A DNA stretch of 64,000 nucleotides from Candidatus Doudnabacteria bacterium (GTDB taxonomy: Bacteria; Patescibacteriota; JAQUNI01). The stretch covers positions 334 to 64,333 of the forward strand of contig JBAZQX010000008.1 in NCBI GenBank assembly GCA_041644975.1, in the 5' to 3' direction. The notes under the pieces were generated by a model that was given only the letters and a program-made list of their open reading frames with translations, was not told where the DNA came from and did not search any database. A program made the translations under genes and the position numbers. Below are positions 49,921-60,489 of this stretch, piece by piece. How positions within the stretch are numbered: position 1 is the first letter of the stretch; every line of letters begins with the position of its first letter.

Positions 49921-51219
49921 ATGACCCACTTTGACTCTAAATCTTATCTGCGATGGGTGAAAGAATATATTAAGATAAACAAGGGAGAAATTCCTCAAAT
50001 TATTACCGCGAATCAATATAGTCGTCAAAAAGACAGGGAATACTACCAAAGACTAAAATCTCTAGCCCAAAAATTCACTAAAACCTATTCCCTCCACGCG
50101 ATTACCAATGAATTGAGTGAACAAAAAAAATTCTTTCGCGCGCTTTATGAAAACAAAATCTATAATCCCATATTTCACTACAGAAAAAGCTCTCCCCTCA
50201 CTTTTAATAAAGCAGCTGCCCTAGTTAAAAAATTAAACGCTTTTCGGCGGGAGGTAAGCGGTGATGAGTCAGCCTTAGGGCAGATTTACCAACGCCGCAT
50301 CTTTGATGCCGAGAAGGCGATTATTCTTAATTCTTTGAGCCAAAAGAAAGGCTTTTCACTAGCGAGCAGAGAATATTATGAATTTAAAAAAATAAAGCAT
50401 TCAGAGCTCCCTGCTAAATTGTCATTCCCCCGTAATAAACAAGAAATTATTGAGGCCTACGAAACTGTCTATTTCGCGCAAAAAATCCTTTCTAAACTAG
50501 GTTTAAAACACAGAGCAAAAATCTCGACGATAGATAGCCGTCTCCAAGGAATTATCACAAGCAGAAAAAACATTAAAGTCGGGATTTGTACCTTGCGTTC
50601 ACCCGCCAGGATCATCCGCAGCCTAGCCCATGAAGTCCTAGGCCACGCTTTAATCTCTACTAATGCCCGGAAATATCCTGCTTTTTTCGCCCGCCACAAC
50701 TCTAGCGCGAGCATTAGGAAAGAAGAGGGTATTGCTGTAAAAATAGGCGAACTTGCTTATCAAGAACTACAAAAATTCTTAACGCCTCAAGCACGCAGCC
50801 GTCGTGAAAGCCTTATCCCCCATCTGCGCCTTAAAGCTATTTTACTAGCCCGAAAAAAATCTTTTTATCAGACGTTTATCACCTTAACTAAATTGAATAT
50901 CAACAACGACCTGGCATGGGACTTAACCCTGCGCGCCAAGAGAGGTTTGCGGTCAAGTGAAGTTAAAGGCGCCAATTACCATGACAGTCTTTATTTTTTT
51001 GGTTTAAAAGAAATCAATGCCCTAATAAAACAAGAGAATCTTGATTTAAAGCAAACCTTTATTTTACTTGATCGCCTTAGCCAAGGTAAATTCGATTTAG
51101 TGGAATTCACATTTTTAAAGCAACATTTTATCAATTATAAAAATATTGGTTTAATCCCCGCTTTTGATATTTTTAAAAAGGAGTTGACAAAGATCATACA
51201 AAGTAAATTTATTAAATAA
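49921..51219 (+). CDS. DUF1704-family (MATCAP-like) metallopeptidase
   Basis: YNPIFHY, LAHEVLGH (HExxxH), EEGIA, RAKRG, DSLYFFG. Confidence 0.75.
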   Translation: MTHFDSKSYLRWVKEYIKINKGEIPQIITANQYSRQKDREYYQRLKSLAQKFTKTYSLHAITNELSEQKKFFRALYENKIYNPIFHYRKSSPLTFNKAAALVKKLNAFRREVSGDESALGQIYQRRIFDAEKAIILNSLSQKKGFSLASREYYEFKKIKHSELPAKLSFPRNKQEIIEAYETVYFAQKILSKLGLKHRAKISTIDSRLQGIITSRKNIKVGICTLRSPARIIRSLAHEVLGHALISTNARKYPAFFARHNSSASIRKEEGIAVKIGELAYQELQKFLTPQARSRRESLIPHLRLKAILLARKKSFYQTFITLTKLNINNDLAWDLTLRAKRGLRSSEVKGANYHDSLYFFGLKEINALIKQENLDLKQTFILLDRLSQGKFDLVEFTFLKQHFINYKNIGLIPAFDIFKKELTKIIQSKFIK

Positions 51220-51224
51220 AAAAT

Positions 51225-52682
51225 ATGGCTATCCGTGTTACCAACCTCCAAGGCTTGAAAGCAGTATTTCAAACTATCAAAAAACCGATTGTTGGCATCG
51301 GCGTAACTGCTTTTAATCGTACTGGTTTGGAAGATATCGTCCCAAACTACAAGATAGTCTGCCTAAGATATAGCTTAGACACGCCAGCGATTGAAAAAGA
51401 CATTTCTGTTTATTCCTTGGAACGAGGCAGACCGACAAAACATCTGAAATGCAATCGCAACGCTACTTCTATTATTTTGAACCGCCGTACCCAAAAGTAT
51501 TTTAAAAAACTGCCGGAGAAACCAGCCCTGCTCTTTTACAAAACTACTGACAAGATTATGGCGGAATCCAAAAAACATGGCTGGACCGTGCTTAATAATT
51601 CACCGGAATTTGGCAAAAAAAGCTTGGAAAACAAAGTTTATTTCCGAGATATTTTAAAAAAATGCGATATTGACTTAATCCCCGGTGAAACTGATAATCT
51701 TTCAAAAATAGATTTTGACACGCTTAATAAAAAATATGGCCCGCGTTTTGTAATCCAGCTTCCTGATCGCGGCGGCGGAAAAGGAACCTTTTTTATTAAT
51801 AATAAAGAGGATTATGATAATTTTATTAACCACAGCCGCGTGCAGGAATATGAAACCCCGCCCGAAGTTGTGATTACGAAATTTATCCACGGTCCATCCC
51901 CTAGCCTAACCGGTTGCGTAACCAGGGAAGGAGTTATTTCAACTGGACTCCAATTTCAACTCCTGGACATACCTGAACTCTGGAATCTCAAAAAAGGTTC
52001 TGGTTTATTCTCTGGACATGATTGGACGCAGGCAGTATTTAATGAAAAGGTTCAAAGACAAGCCAACATAATCGCGGAAAAAATCGGTTCTCATCTCTCT
52101 GGCCTGCGTTATAAAGGAATCTTTGGTTTGGATATGCTCCTTGATAAAGAAACCGAAAAGCTTTATGTCGTGGAATGCAATCCTCGCCTTCTAGGCTCTT
52201 TCCCCTGCCTTCCTATGGTCCAAATTACTAATGGAGAACCACCGCTTTTGGGATTCCACGTCTTAGAATTTTTAAGGGCTAATTACCGCGTTGATATTGA
52301 TAAGGTCAATCGCAATATCCGCCGACCGAAAATTGGCAGCCAGATGATCCTGCACAACCTCCTTTATAAATGGGCGGAAAACAAAAAGGAGATAGCAGCC
52401 GGGGTTTATAAGTATCAAAATGGAAAATTTATTTTTGAACGAGAAGGCTATCATTACAAACATCTAAAAACCAAAGACGAATTTCTAATTGCTGATGGCG
52501 TGCCTATTCTCAATTCTAAACTCACGCCCAATCAGAGATTATTCCGCGTTTTAGCTCTGCGTGGCGTGCTGGATTTAAGAACCAATAAACTCAACGAATG
52601 GGGGCATGACGTCGCGCAATGGGTTTACAGACAACTAAACATCACGCCTCTGCATGAACAGCCCGAAATGATTGATGATTAA
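51225..52682 (+). CDS. ATP-grasp domain protein (putative peptide ligase)
   Basis: LENKVYFR, GGGKGTFF, YKGIFGLD, VVECNPRL. Confidence 0.8.
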   Translation: MAIRVTNLQGLKAVFQTIKKPIVGIGVTAFNRTGLEDIVPNYKIVCLRYSLDTPAIEKDISVYSLERGRPTKHLKCNRNATSIILNRRTQKYFKKLPEKPALLFYKTTDKIMAESKKHGWTVLNNSPEFGKKSLENKVYFRDILKKCDIDLIPGETDNLSKIDFDTLNKKYGPRFVIQLPDRGGGKGTFFINNKEDYDNFINHSRVQEYETPPEVVITKFIHGPSPSLTGCVTREGVISTGLQFQLLDIPELWNLKKGSGLFSGHDWTQAVFNEKVQRQANIIAEKIGSHLSGLRYKGIFGLDMLLDKETEKLYVVECNPRLLGSFPCLPMVQITNGEPPLLGFHVLEFLRANYRVDIDKVNRNIRRPKIGSQMILHNLLYKWAENKKEIAAGVYKYQNGKFIFEREGYHYKHLKTKDEFLIADGVPILNSKLTPNQRLFRVLALRGVLDLRTNKLNEWGHDVAQWVYRQLNITPLHEQPEMIDD

Positions 52683-52686
52683 GTAA

Positions 52687-52910
52687 ACCTTGAATTACGA
52701 AATTCATTTTGTCGTTGCGAGGAGGACCTTTAGTCAGATCCCTCGCTTCCGCTCGGGACAGGCTCCGCAATCTCATTAAGCGATATTTATGCCTAATTTA
52801 GGAGATTGCCTGCCCGCCATCGCTTCGCTTCAGGCGAGGCGGGCGGGCTTCGGTCTCCGCTTGAAGAGCGAATCCCTCGCTAATAGACAATACATTCCGT
52901 AATTCAAGGT
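52687..52910. mobile_element. MITE-like composite repeat with 13-bp terminal inverted repeats
   Basis: accttgaattacg...cgtaattcaaggt; the right end recurs inverted at about 57380-57415. Confidence 0.6.
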
Positions 52911-52955
52911 AAATAAACCCCATTTCAAAAAATCAATTAACTGATTTTAAAAACA

Positions 52956-53981
52956 ATGAATCTTAAGAGAGAAGGCGTAATTTTAAAGCCCTCCAAGCAA
53001 AAACATGAAACTGTGGCTGTTTTAAACCCTGCTGTAGTCCAGACGGGAAATACTCTAGAGATGTTTTATCGGGCAGTCCAAAAAGACAATTATTCTACAA
53101 TCGGCTATTGCGTTCTGGAAGGTCCATTGAAAGTGGCAGAAAGAGCGACGGAACCTATCTTGCGTCCAGAATATGATTATGAAAAACAAGGCGTGGAGGA
53201 TCCCCGCATCGTTAATATTGAAGACACTTATTATCTAACCTACACAGCCTTTGACGGAAAGAATGCTAGGATTGCTTACGCGGAAAGCAAAAATTTAAAA
53301 GAATGGAAAAAGAGGGGTATTATTTCGCCCCAATTAACCTATGATAAAGCCGAGGATCTTTTTAGAAAATCCAGCTATAATCTTAAAGAAAAATATTTTT
53401 TCTTTGAATCTTATTATAAAGATAAAGCAGGTCCCGATGTTATCCTCTGGGAAAAAGACGCCCTTCTTTTCCCTAAAAAAATCAACGGAAAGTTTGCATT
53501 AATCCACCGCATTCTGCCGGGTATGCAAATTATTTTCTTTGATCGCTTTGAACAATTAATGGATAAAAAATATTGGGAGCATTACCTAAAAAAATTGGGT
53601 GAATATGTTATTCTAGAACCAAAATATGCTTTTGAATCCCGCAATATTGGCGGTGGCGCGCCGCCTTTGGAAACTGACGCTGGCTGGCTTTTGATTTACC
53701 ACGCCGTGGAAGATTCTAGCTACGGCAAAATTTATCACGCCGCAGCGGCATTACTTGACAAACAGAACCCGCTAAAAGTAATCGGCAGGCTGGATTATCC
53801 TTTGTTCTCACCAGAGACGGACTATGAAAAATCTGGCAATGTGAACAACATCATTTTTCCGACTGATACTGCCCTTTTTGACGATCGCTTGTATATTTAT
53901 TATGGCGCCGCCGATCAAGTCATTGCCGCTGTTTCTTTAAATTTAAATGAACTTTTGGTGGAATTATTGCGCAATACTTGA
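52956..53981 (+). CDS. GH130-family glycoside phosphorylase/hydrolase
   Basis: VLNPAV, GVEDPRIV, YLTYTAFDG, KDALLFP, IHRI, WLLIYHAV, YYGAAD. Confidence 0.9.
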   Translation: MNLKREGVILKPSKQKHETVAVLNPAVVQTGNTLEMFYRAVQKDNYSTIGYCVLEGPLKVAERATEPILRPEYDYEKQGVEDPRIVNIEDTYYLTYTAFDGKNARIAYAESKNLKEWKKRGIISPQLTYDKAEDLFRKSSYNLKEKYFFFESYYKDKAGPDVILWEKDALLFPKKINGKFALIHRILPGMQIIFFDRFEQLMDKKYWEHYLKKLGEYVILEPKYAFESRNIGGGAPPLETDAGWLLIYHAVEDSSYGKIYHAAAALLDKQNPLKVIGRLDYPLFSPETDYEKSGNVNNIIFPTDTALFDDRLYIYYGAADQVIAAVSLNLNELLVELLRNT

Positions 53982-54108
53982 AGCTTCCCCGCCTAAGTCC
54001 TTCGACTGTGAAGTCTTCAGGTCTTCTGACTCTGAAGAGTCATCAGACTTTGAAGAGACTGAACAGTTTTTTAAAATTTAGGCGGGTTCCTTAAAAAATT
54101 AATATGAA

Positions 54109-56376
54109 TTGACTAAGTCATCACTTCGTGATAAAATATTGTCTATGATTACTAAAGAAGAACCATCTTGGATTTTGTATGTGGGCACATTTCCGCCGCG
54201 CGAATGCGGTATTGCGACTTTTACGCACGATTTGGCAAATGCCATTGCCAACAAAATGCCAAGCTTAAAAACAAAAGTCCTGGCATTAAATAGAGGAGCA
54301 ATAAACATATACAATTATCCCGAGAAGGTCATCTTTGAAATTAATGAATCCAATATTCAAGAGTACATTGACATTGCGAAAGAGATCAATTCCCTGAAAG
54401 AGGTTAAATTAGTGTGCATTCAGCATGAGTTCGGCATTTTCGGCGGCGAATGGGGAAGCTACCTCGTGCCTTTTCTGGAAACTTTGCAAAAACCCATAGT
54501 AGTTACCTTGCACTCTCTGCTGCCCCATCCTGACGATCGTTTAAAAAATATTGTTCAATCCATTGCGCGTTACGCCCGATGTCTTATCGTGATGACTCCT
54601 AAAGCTATAGAAATATTAAGAAATGATTATAATATAAAATCCGCTATTGAAATAATCCCGCACGGAATTCCCAGTGTCCCCTTTGTGCCGAATTTGAAGC
54701 CAAAGATCAAGCTTGGCTATAAAGACAGGATCATTCTTTCTTCCTTCGGGTTAGTCAGCGAAGATAAAGGGTATGAGGATGTTATCGCGGCCCTCCCCCA
54801 AGTGGTGGAAAAATTCCCTAATATTCTTTACTTAATCATTGGTGAAACCCATCCCGTGGTCAGAAGTTTAAAAGGCGAAGAATACAGAAATTCCCTGGAA
54901 AAAAAGGTGCAAAAATTAAAACTGCAGCGCAATGTTAAATTCTACAATAAATATTTAACTCTGCGGGAGATTATCCAATATCTTCAAGCGACCGATGTCT
55001 ATGTTGCCTCTAATCTGAATCCCTATCAAATCACAAGCGGCACTCTAGCCTATGCTTTAGGTTGCGGTCGCGCTGTCATCTCCACCCCCTTCCTGCACGC
55101 GCGCGATGTAATTCAAAATGAAAACCAGGGCATTCTCGTTGATTTTAAAAATCCCCAATCCTTTACGGAAGCCATCCTCAAGATATTGAATAATTCCGAT
55201 CTGAAAATAAAAATGGAAAAAGAGGCTTATTCCTCCAGCCGAATGACGACATGGCCCAATGTCGCTCTCTCCTACATCAAAGTCTTTCAGCAATATTCCA
55301 GCTTGGAACAAAAGTCTCTAAAAAAACTGCCGAAAATCAGCCTAAAGCATTTCAAAAACTTAAGTGATAATTTCGGTATTATCCAATTCGCGCAACACAC
55401 GACGCCAGATCCAAATTCAGGATACTCAACGGATGATGTGGCGCGCGGCCTCATTGCCCTTTGCTATTATTATAGGCTTTTTAGAGAAAAAAATGTTCTC
55501 CCTTTGCTCAAAATATATTTGGATTTCATTCAATACGTACAAAAAAATGATGGTAGATTTTTCAATTTCGTCAATCATAATCAAGAGATTGACCTTGAAC
55601 ATTGGTCTGAAGACGCGCACGGTCGCGCAGTCTGGGCTTTAGGGACGATTACCGCGACAAAATCTTTACCCCAAACAATGAGAAACAAAGCCAAGGTCTT
55701 ATTCCAAAAAGCAATCCTCCCCACTAGAAAATTGAAATATCCCCGCGCTATTGCCTGCGCCCTAATTGGAATCTGCAAATTCAATAAAATCACACCGCTG
55801 CCAGAGCAAAACATCAAAGATATACAACATAAAGCCAACTTCCTTGTCGCGCTTTATCGCAAGAATTCTAGCCCTTCCTGGCAATGGTTTGAGCAAAAAA
55901 TCTCATATTCCAACGGGAAACTGCCCGCAGCCTTGCTTTATGCCTATTTAGCGACCAAAAAACAAAATTACTTGCAAGTTGCGGAAAAAACTTTGGACTT
56001 TTTGTGCTCCATCACCTTTGAAAATGAAATTTTTTCTCCTATTGGCCAAAGAGGTTGGTATACGCTTAGCGGCAAAAGGGCGTATTTTGATCAACAACCC
56101 GAAGAGGCTGCGGAAATGGTTCAAGTCCTTACTCTATGCTATAAGATTACCAAACAAAAAAAATATCTGAATCAGGCGATTAACGCGTTTTATTGGTTTC
56201 TAGGTAAAAATCTTTTAAATCAGATGGTTTATGACGAAAGCACGGGCGGCTGTCATGATGGTCTAGGGGAATCTTCAATCAACCTTAATCAAGGCGCGGA
56301 ATCCACAATCTCATACCTTTTGGCGCGGCTCACTCTAAAAAAATATCTAAATAATAAAGAACAAATTTGGACATAA
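54109..56376 (+). CDS. GT4 glycosyltransferase fused to a C-terminal helical-barrel-like domain
   Basis: PPRECGIATFT, QHEFGIFGG, SGTLAYALGCG; YSTDDVARGL, DQQPEEA, NQGAEST; start probably about 54145. Confidence 0.88.
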   Translation: MTKSSLRDKILSMITKEEPSWILYVGTFPPRECGIATFTHDLANAIANKMPSLKTKVLALNRGAINIYNYPEKVIFEINESNIQEYIDIAKEINSLKEVKLVCIQHEFGIFGGEWGSYLVPFLETLQKPIVVTLHSLLPHPDDRLKNIVQSIARYARCLIVMTPKAIEILRNDYNIKSAIEIIPHGIPSVPFVPNLKPKIKLGYKDRIILSSFGLVSEDKGYEDVIAALPQVVEKFPNILYLIIGETHPVVRSLKGEEYRNSLEKKVQKLKLQRNVKFYNKYLTLREIIQYLQATDVYVASNLNPYQITSGTLAYALGCGRAVISTPFLHARDVIQNENQGILVDFKNPQSFTEAILKILNNSDLKIKMEKEAYSSSRMTTWPNVALSYIKVFQQYSSLEQKSLKKLPKISLKHFKNLSDNFGIIQFAQHTTPDPNSGYSTDDVARGLIALCYYYRLFREKNVLPLLKIYLDFIQYVQKNDGRFFNFVNHNQEIDLEHWSEDAHGRAVWALGTITATKSLPQTMRNKAKVLFQKAILPTRKLKYPRAIACALIGICKFNKITPLPEQNIKDIQHKANFLVALYRKNSSPSWQWFEQKISYSNGKLPAALLYAYLATKKQNYLQVAEKTLDFLCSITFENEIFSPIGQRGWYTLSGKRAYFDQQPEEAAEMVQVLTLCYKITKQKKYLNQAINAFYWFLGKNLLNQMVYDESTGGCHDGLGESSINLNQGAESTISYLLARLTLKKYLNNKEQIWT

Positions 56377-56380
56377 AACC

Positions 56381-57265
56381 ATGCTCTCTGTGGGTATTGA
56401 TCTTGGCGGCACCAAAACCAATTTTGGTTTGCTTGAAATCAGGAAAGAAAAATTTAAGATTTTAAAACAAACTACCATCTCTTCACCCCATAAAAAGGAA
56501 GAATTGGTTCAAGCTGTCCGAGAAAACATTAAAAAAATTATTGTCCCTGGAGTAAAAAAAATCGGCCTTGCCCAAGCCGGTATTATTGACATTAATCAAA
56601 AAATCAATCTTTTATCACCTAATTTAAAGGCTCTGGAGCATATTGATTTCGCTCGTCTTCTGCAAAAAGAATTTAAGATACGGATCTTTCTGGACAATGA
56701 TACGAATGCCTTTATCTTAGCCGAAGCTACTTACGGCGCTTGCCGGGACAAAAAAAAAGCTGTTGGTCTCACCTTAGGCACGGGCATCGGCGGGGGTCTT
56801 GTCATTGACGGCAAACTCTACCACGGCATCTGCACCTCCGCGACAGAGTTTGGCCATATGATTATTGATTACAACGGACGAAAATGCTCTTGTGGCCAAA
56901 AAGGATGTCTGGAGGCGTATGCTTCGGCTACAGCCATCATCCAAGAATATGAAAACCGCACCGGGTTTAGGCGAGATGCCTATGCCATAGAAGAAGAAGC
57001 AAAAAGCGGTCTAGAACCAGCTCAATCCATATTTACCGAGGCAAGCAACTATTTAGCCGTAGGTCTTGCCAACATTATCAATATCCTGGAGCCCGAAACG
57101 ATTGTCCTGGGCGGCGGCTTATCTGAAGTTGCGAATTTTGTTGATCTTGCTATTCACAATACAAAAAAATTCACCTTAAAAGGTTTAGGTGAATGCGTAA
57201 AAATCGTCAAAGCCAAGCTTGGCCGCGAAGCAGGAATGATCGGAGCAGCGCTGTTGGATCGCTAA
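56381..57265 (+). CDS. ROK-family sugar kinase
   Basis: GIDLGGT, DNDTNA, LGTGIGGG, EFGHM, CSCGQKGCLEAYAS. Confidence 0.92.
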   Translation: MLSVGIDLGGTKTNFGLLEIRKEKFKILKQTTISSPHKKEELVQAVRENIKKIIVPGVKKIGLAQAGIIDINQKINLLSPNLKALEHIDFARLLQKEFKIRIFLDNDTNAFILAEATYGACRDKKKAVGLTLGTGIGGGLVIDGKLYHGICTSATEFGHMIIDYNGRKCSCGQKGCLEAYASATAIIQEYENRTGFRRDAYAIEEEAKSGLEPAQSIFTEASNYLAVGLANIINILEPETIVLGGGLSEVANFVDLAIHNTKKFTLKGLGECVKIVKAKLGREAGMIGAALLDR

Positions 57266-57572
57266 AAATCAAAAAATTTAAAGCTGGATTTTGAAAACAT
57301 CAATCCGCAATGAAAAATTGCGGATTTTTAATTTCTCCCCCTTGGTAAGGGGGAGTCAGAGGGGGTCTTTAGATATCAAACTTGAATTACGAAATGTATT
57401 GTCTATTAGTGAGGGAGGCATCTGATGCCGACCGAATCCCGCCCGCCTCGCCTGAAGTGCAAGCACTTGAGCGGGCAGGCTTAAGGTGCTAGCGGGTGAG
57501 AAGCCTGAACTCCGAAAAAAACCAAAAAGCGATTTTTTATTGCATAAAATTTTCTTTCACCAATCAGATAAA

Positions 57573-57938
57573 TCACTGCACCCTGATTTTATTAACCAAC
57601 ATTTCTAATAAATCTTTCAGGTTATCTTGCGCCTCTGTTTCAGTTTTGCTGGCAGTAAATTTATTCCATTGTTCTAAAATTTTCTCATCATCTAAATCAC
57701 GAACAGAATTCTCCAAGCTCAAGCGGGTCTCAAAATCTATTTCCCCTTGCGCCTTGAACACTTTTTTGATAAATAGTTTAGTAAAAAGCAAAACCTTTTC
57801 ATCGGTTTGCTGCGCTTTTATGCTTGCTCTGGCATTTTGTAATTCCTTCTGGAGCATAAAATATCTAGATAAAAAGAAGACATTGCTTGCCAACAGAATC
57901 AGAATAACAGCGATGAGGGCTATTTTTATTTTATTCAT
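57573..57938 (-). CDS. Hypothetical protein with N-terminal TM anchor
   Basis: 121 aa with a hydrophobic N-terminus. Confidence 0.7.
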   Translation of the reverse strand: MNKIKIALIAVILILLASNVFFLSRYFMLQKELQNARASIKAQQTDEKVLLFTKLFIKKVFKAQGEIDFETRLSLENSVRDLDDEKILEQWNKFTASKTETEAQDNLKDLLEMLVNKIRVQ

Positions 57939-58035
57939 ATGCTTGCAACTTATAACTTGAAAACTTGTAACTCAAGAAATATCCCTTGAATTGCGATCTT
58001 CAAGTATTTTATTTTTAATATTAGGATTTACGCGT

Positions 58036-58320
58036 TTGTCATCCTGTTTATTATAATTGTCATCCCTGAAACAAGTTCAGCAAGACAATCGTATCTGTCA
58101 TCTCTTCAGAGTCTGAAGACTCTTCGGAGTCTGAACGACCTGAATTTATTTCAGGATCTCTTCTACAGGATTTCCTCTAAAGAATGAAGATGCTGAAACA
58201 AGCCATGGCACTGAGCGAAGCGAATGTGTTCAGCAAGACAATCGTATCTGTCATCCTGAATTCATTTCAGGATCTAACTATGAAGATGCTGAAATGAATT
58301 CAGCAAGACATTGAAATGAC
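58036..58320. repeat. Palindromic repeat family B array (gtcatcctgaa..ttcaggatct / gatgctgaa..ttcagcaagaca)
   Basis: Several copies here; also at 60490-60765, 62372-62455 and 62978-63045. Confidence 0.85.
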
Positions 58321-58349
58321 AAATTTTTAAGACAAACGCGTAAGTCCTA

Positions 58350-59681
58350 TTATTTTTTAAGATTAAAGGGTTTGCTCTTTTCCCTTATTTTATCGCGATA
58401 AAAATTATATAATAACAGAAGAATCATAATAATCAACAAAATGATTTTCCAGTCAAAAACTTTCATCCAGCTATATTTGCTTTCCATCTCAATATTCAAA
58501 TGCACGCCGCTGCCCTCTTGCACATTAAATGGCTTGCCTTCATAAATTTTGTAACCCGCGGCTTCTACTTTCAGGTAATATGACCCCCGCGGCACTAAAA
58601 AGGAATATTTGCCCGTGTTATCAGTGGTTTGGGGATTTTCTTGCTGGAATTCTTTGGCAGGCCAAAGTTCATAATTTTTTGTTTCTGGATTTTGCCAATA
58701 AAGTGAAACAATGGCTTCTGGAATTCTGATTTCTTTATTCCCCGCTTTTTCATAAATATAGCCTTCAGGATCCACTACGGAAATCAATCTAATCTCTTTG
58801 CTGCCTAATTTAGGATCTTCATAATCTATAATTGTAATAATCTCATACTCGCCATCCACCGCGGGCGAGGTAATATTCGCTGTGTAAATCCCGTCATTGT
58901 CTGGATCTGTATATTCAAACTCATTAAGAACGAGTCTTGTCTCTTGAAAATTAGAACTCTCTGTTTTAGACTCGGCGCTTAAAATTTTTTCAGATAATCT
59001 TGGGCTTGATCCATAGGATGCTAATAAGTCTTTAAATTGAAATCCCTCTAAAGCAATATATTGAGAGGGCTCTTCTATTTTTTGCGCTAATGCCGGCATA
59101 GCGAAGACCACCGAAGACAATAAATCTTGAAGTTTCAAGCTGCGAGCTCCGAGTTGCAAGCTCCGAGTTTCAGTCTCTAAGCCGGAAGTTCCCGGATTAT
59201 TGCGCGACTTAAATACCACATATCCTCTAACCATTTTCACGGGTTGATCCGGCTTTACCGCTAAATTTAAAGGCTTGCCAACAATGGTGGTAACTCTTTC
59301 TTCAATTTGATTTTTAGCGTTAAGCGAGAGAACAGTATTTAGATCAATAAGTTCTCCCCCTGTCTTGGCAAAAACAACTTCTGTGGGCAATTTCTGCTTG
59401 ACCGCGGAAGGTAATTGCGCCACAGGGATACCTTGAGTGAATTCTTTTCCTTCGCCTGCTTCTTGGTTTAAACCGGGCAATGCCATTTTTACCTCTCTTA
59501 GCTTTTCTAAATCTGTTAATTTTGTGATGCCAAGATTATTAAAAGTCTCTTGGAGTTCTGGAAACTTTTGGACTAAATTGCCAATCTCTTTGGGCAAAGG
59601 CGCAAAAACAAATTCATTAATGGGCTCAATAGGCAAAAGCTGCCATTTACCCTGCATTGCGAGCGGAGCCTCGCGAGGCAC
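58350..59681 (-). CDS. Surface protein with a carboxypeptidase-regulatory-like domain and C-terminal TM; possibly the 3' half of a frameshifted gene
   Basis: VDPEGYIYE..IPEAIVSLY..QENPQTTDNTGKYSFLVPRGSYYLKVEAAGY; TM helix and basic tail. Confidence 0.75.
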   Translation of the reverse strand: MPREAPLAMQGKWQLLPIEPINEFVFAPLPKEIGNLVQKFPELQETFNNLGITKLTDLEKLREVKMALPGLNQEAGEGKEFTQGIPVAQLPSAVKQKLPTEVVFAKTGGELIDLNTVLSLNAKNQIEERVTTIVGKPLNLAVKPDQPVKMVRGYVVFKSRNNPGTSGLETETRSLQLGARSLKLQDLLSSVVFAMPALAQKIEEPSQYIALEGFQFKDLLASYGSSPRLSEKILSAESKTESSNFQETRLVLNEFEYTDPDNDGIYTANITSPAVDGEYEIITIIDYEDPKLGSKEIRLISVVDPEGYIYEKAGNKEIRIPEAIVSLYWQNPETKNYELWPAKEFQQENPQTTDNTGKYSFLVPRGSYYLKVEAAGYKIYEGKPFNVQEGSGVHLNIEMESKYSWMKVFDWKIILLIIMILLLLYNFYRDKIREKSKPFNLKK

Positions 59682-60487
59682 TAATGCTTCAAGCGGGATG
59701 CTTCTGGTTTAGATGGTTCTTCGGGCCTCAAAAATGGGGGGATTAAAGGTTTTAGAATTTCCGGCACCCTTGCCAAGAAGGGTTTGGTTGGCTTTTCGGG
59801 TTTTTCTACCTCTTCTTGGGGCTTACCTTCTTTGGGCTTGGGTTTAAAAATGGAAGGGATTTTGGGTTTTAAAGGTTCGGGAATCTTCTTAATCAGTTCT
59901 TTAAATAAATCCAAAGGCCGCGCATCAGAAGGATGAGCATCGGAACTCACGACATCTAAAGATGGTGCGGAGGCGGAAGGCCGAGCGCTTTTTGGCCGAT
60001 AATCGGTTTTAACCTTGTAATCTACTGTGCCGCAAGAGCTGGTCGTCGCGCAATTAAAAATAATCCAACCAATATTCTCGCCCCAAGCGTAGCCAGAAAA
60101 TTCCCCAGTGGAGCCAATGGAAACTCCGCCGTGGTCGGGATTAAAATTAATCCAGCCCACATTCTCGCCCCAAGCGTAACCCGAGAGATTGCCGTTGTCA
60201 TCATTTGCCACTTTGTAATCAACCGTAGCACAAGAACTGTCGTTAGAGCAATTCAAAAAAATCCAACCCATATTTTCCGACCAAGCATAGCCTGTCAAAC
60301 CGGAATCCGTGATATGCACATTGCCCTCGGTGGCGCCAAAATTAATCCAACCAGCATTTTCGCTCCAGGCGTATTTGTCCGCCGCGTCTATTGTGCCTTC
60401 GTTTATAGACGCCAAAACTGGCAAAGCAAAAGCTAGGCCTATGATAAAGCTTAAAAATAGAAAAGTATTTTTTGTTTTAAACATCAT
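59681..60487 (-). CDS. Secreted protein with GYAW(S/G)ENxGWI repeats and a Pro/Lys-rich linker
   Basis: Four YAWxENxGWI repeats after a signal peptide; the ORF-track start 60517 overlaps repeat family B. Confidence 0.75.
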   Translation of the reverse strand: MMFKTKNTFLFLSFIIGLAFALPVLASINEGTIDAADKYAWSENAGWINFGATEGNVHITDSGLTGYAWSENMGWIFLNCSNDSSCATVDYKVANDDNGNLSGYAWGENVGWINFNPDHGGVSIGSTGEFSGYAWGENIGWIIFNCATTSSCGTVDYKVKTDYRPKSARPSASAPSLDVVSSDAHPSDARPLDLFKELIKKIPEPLKPKIPSIFKPKPKEGKPQEEVEKPEKPTKPFLARVPEILKPLIPPFLRPEEPSKPEASRLKH

Positions 60488-60489
60488 AT

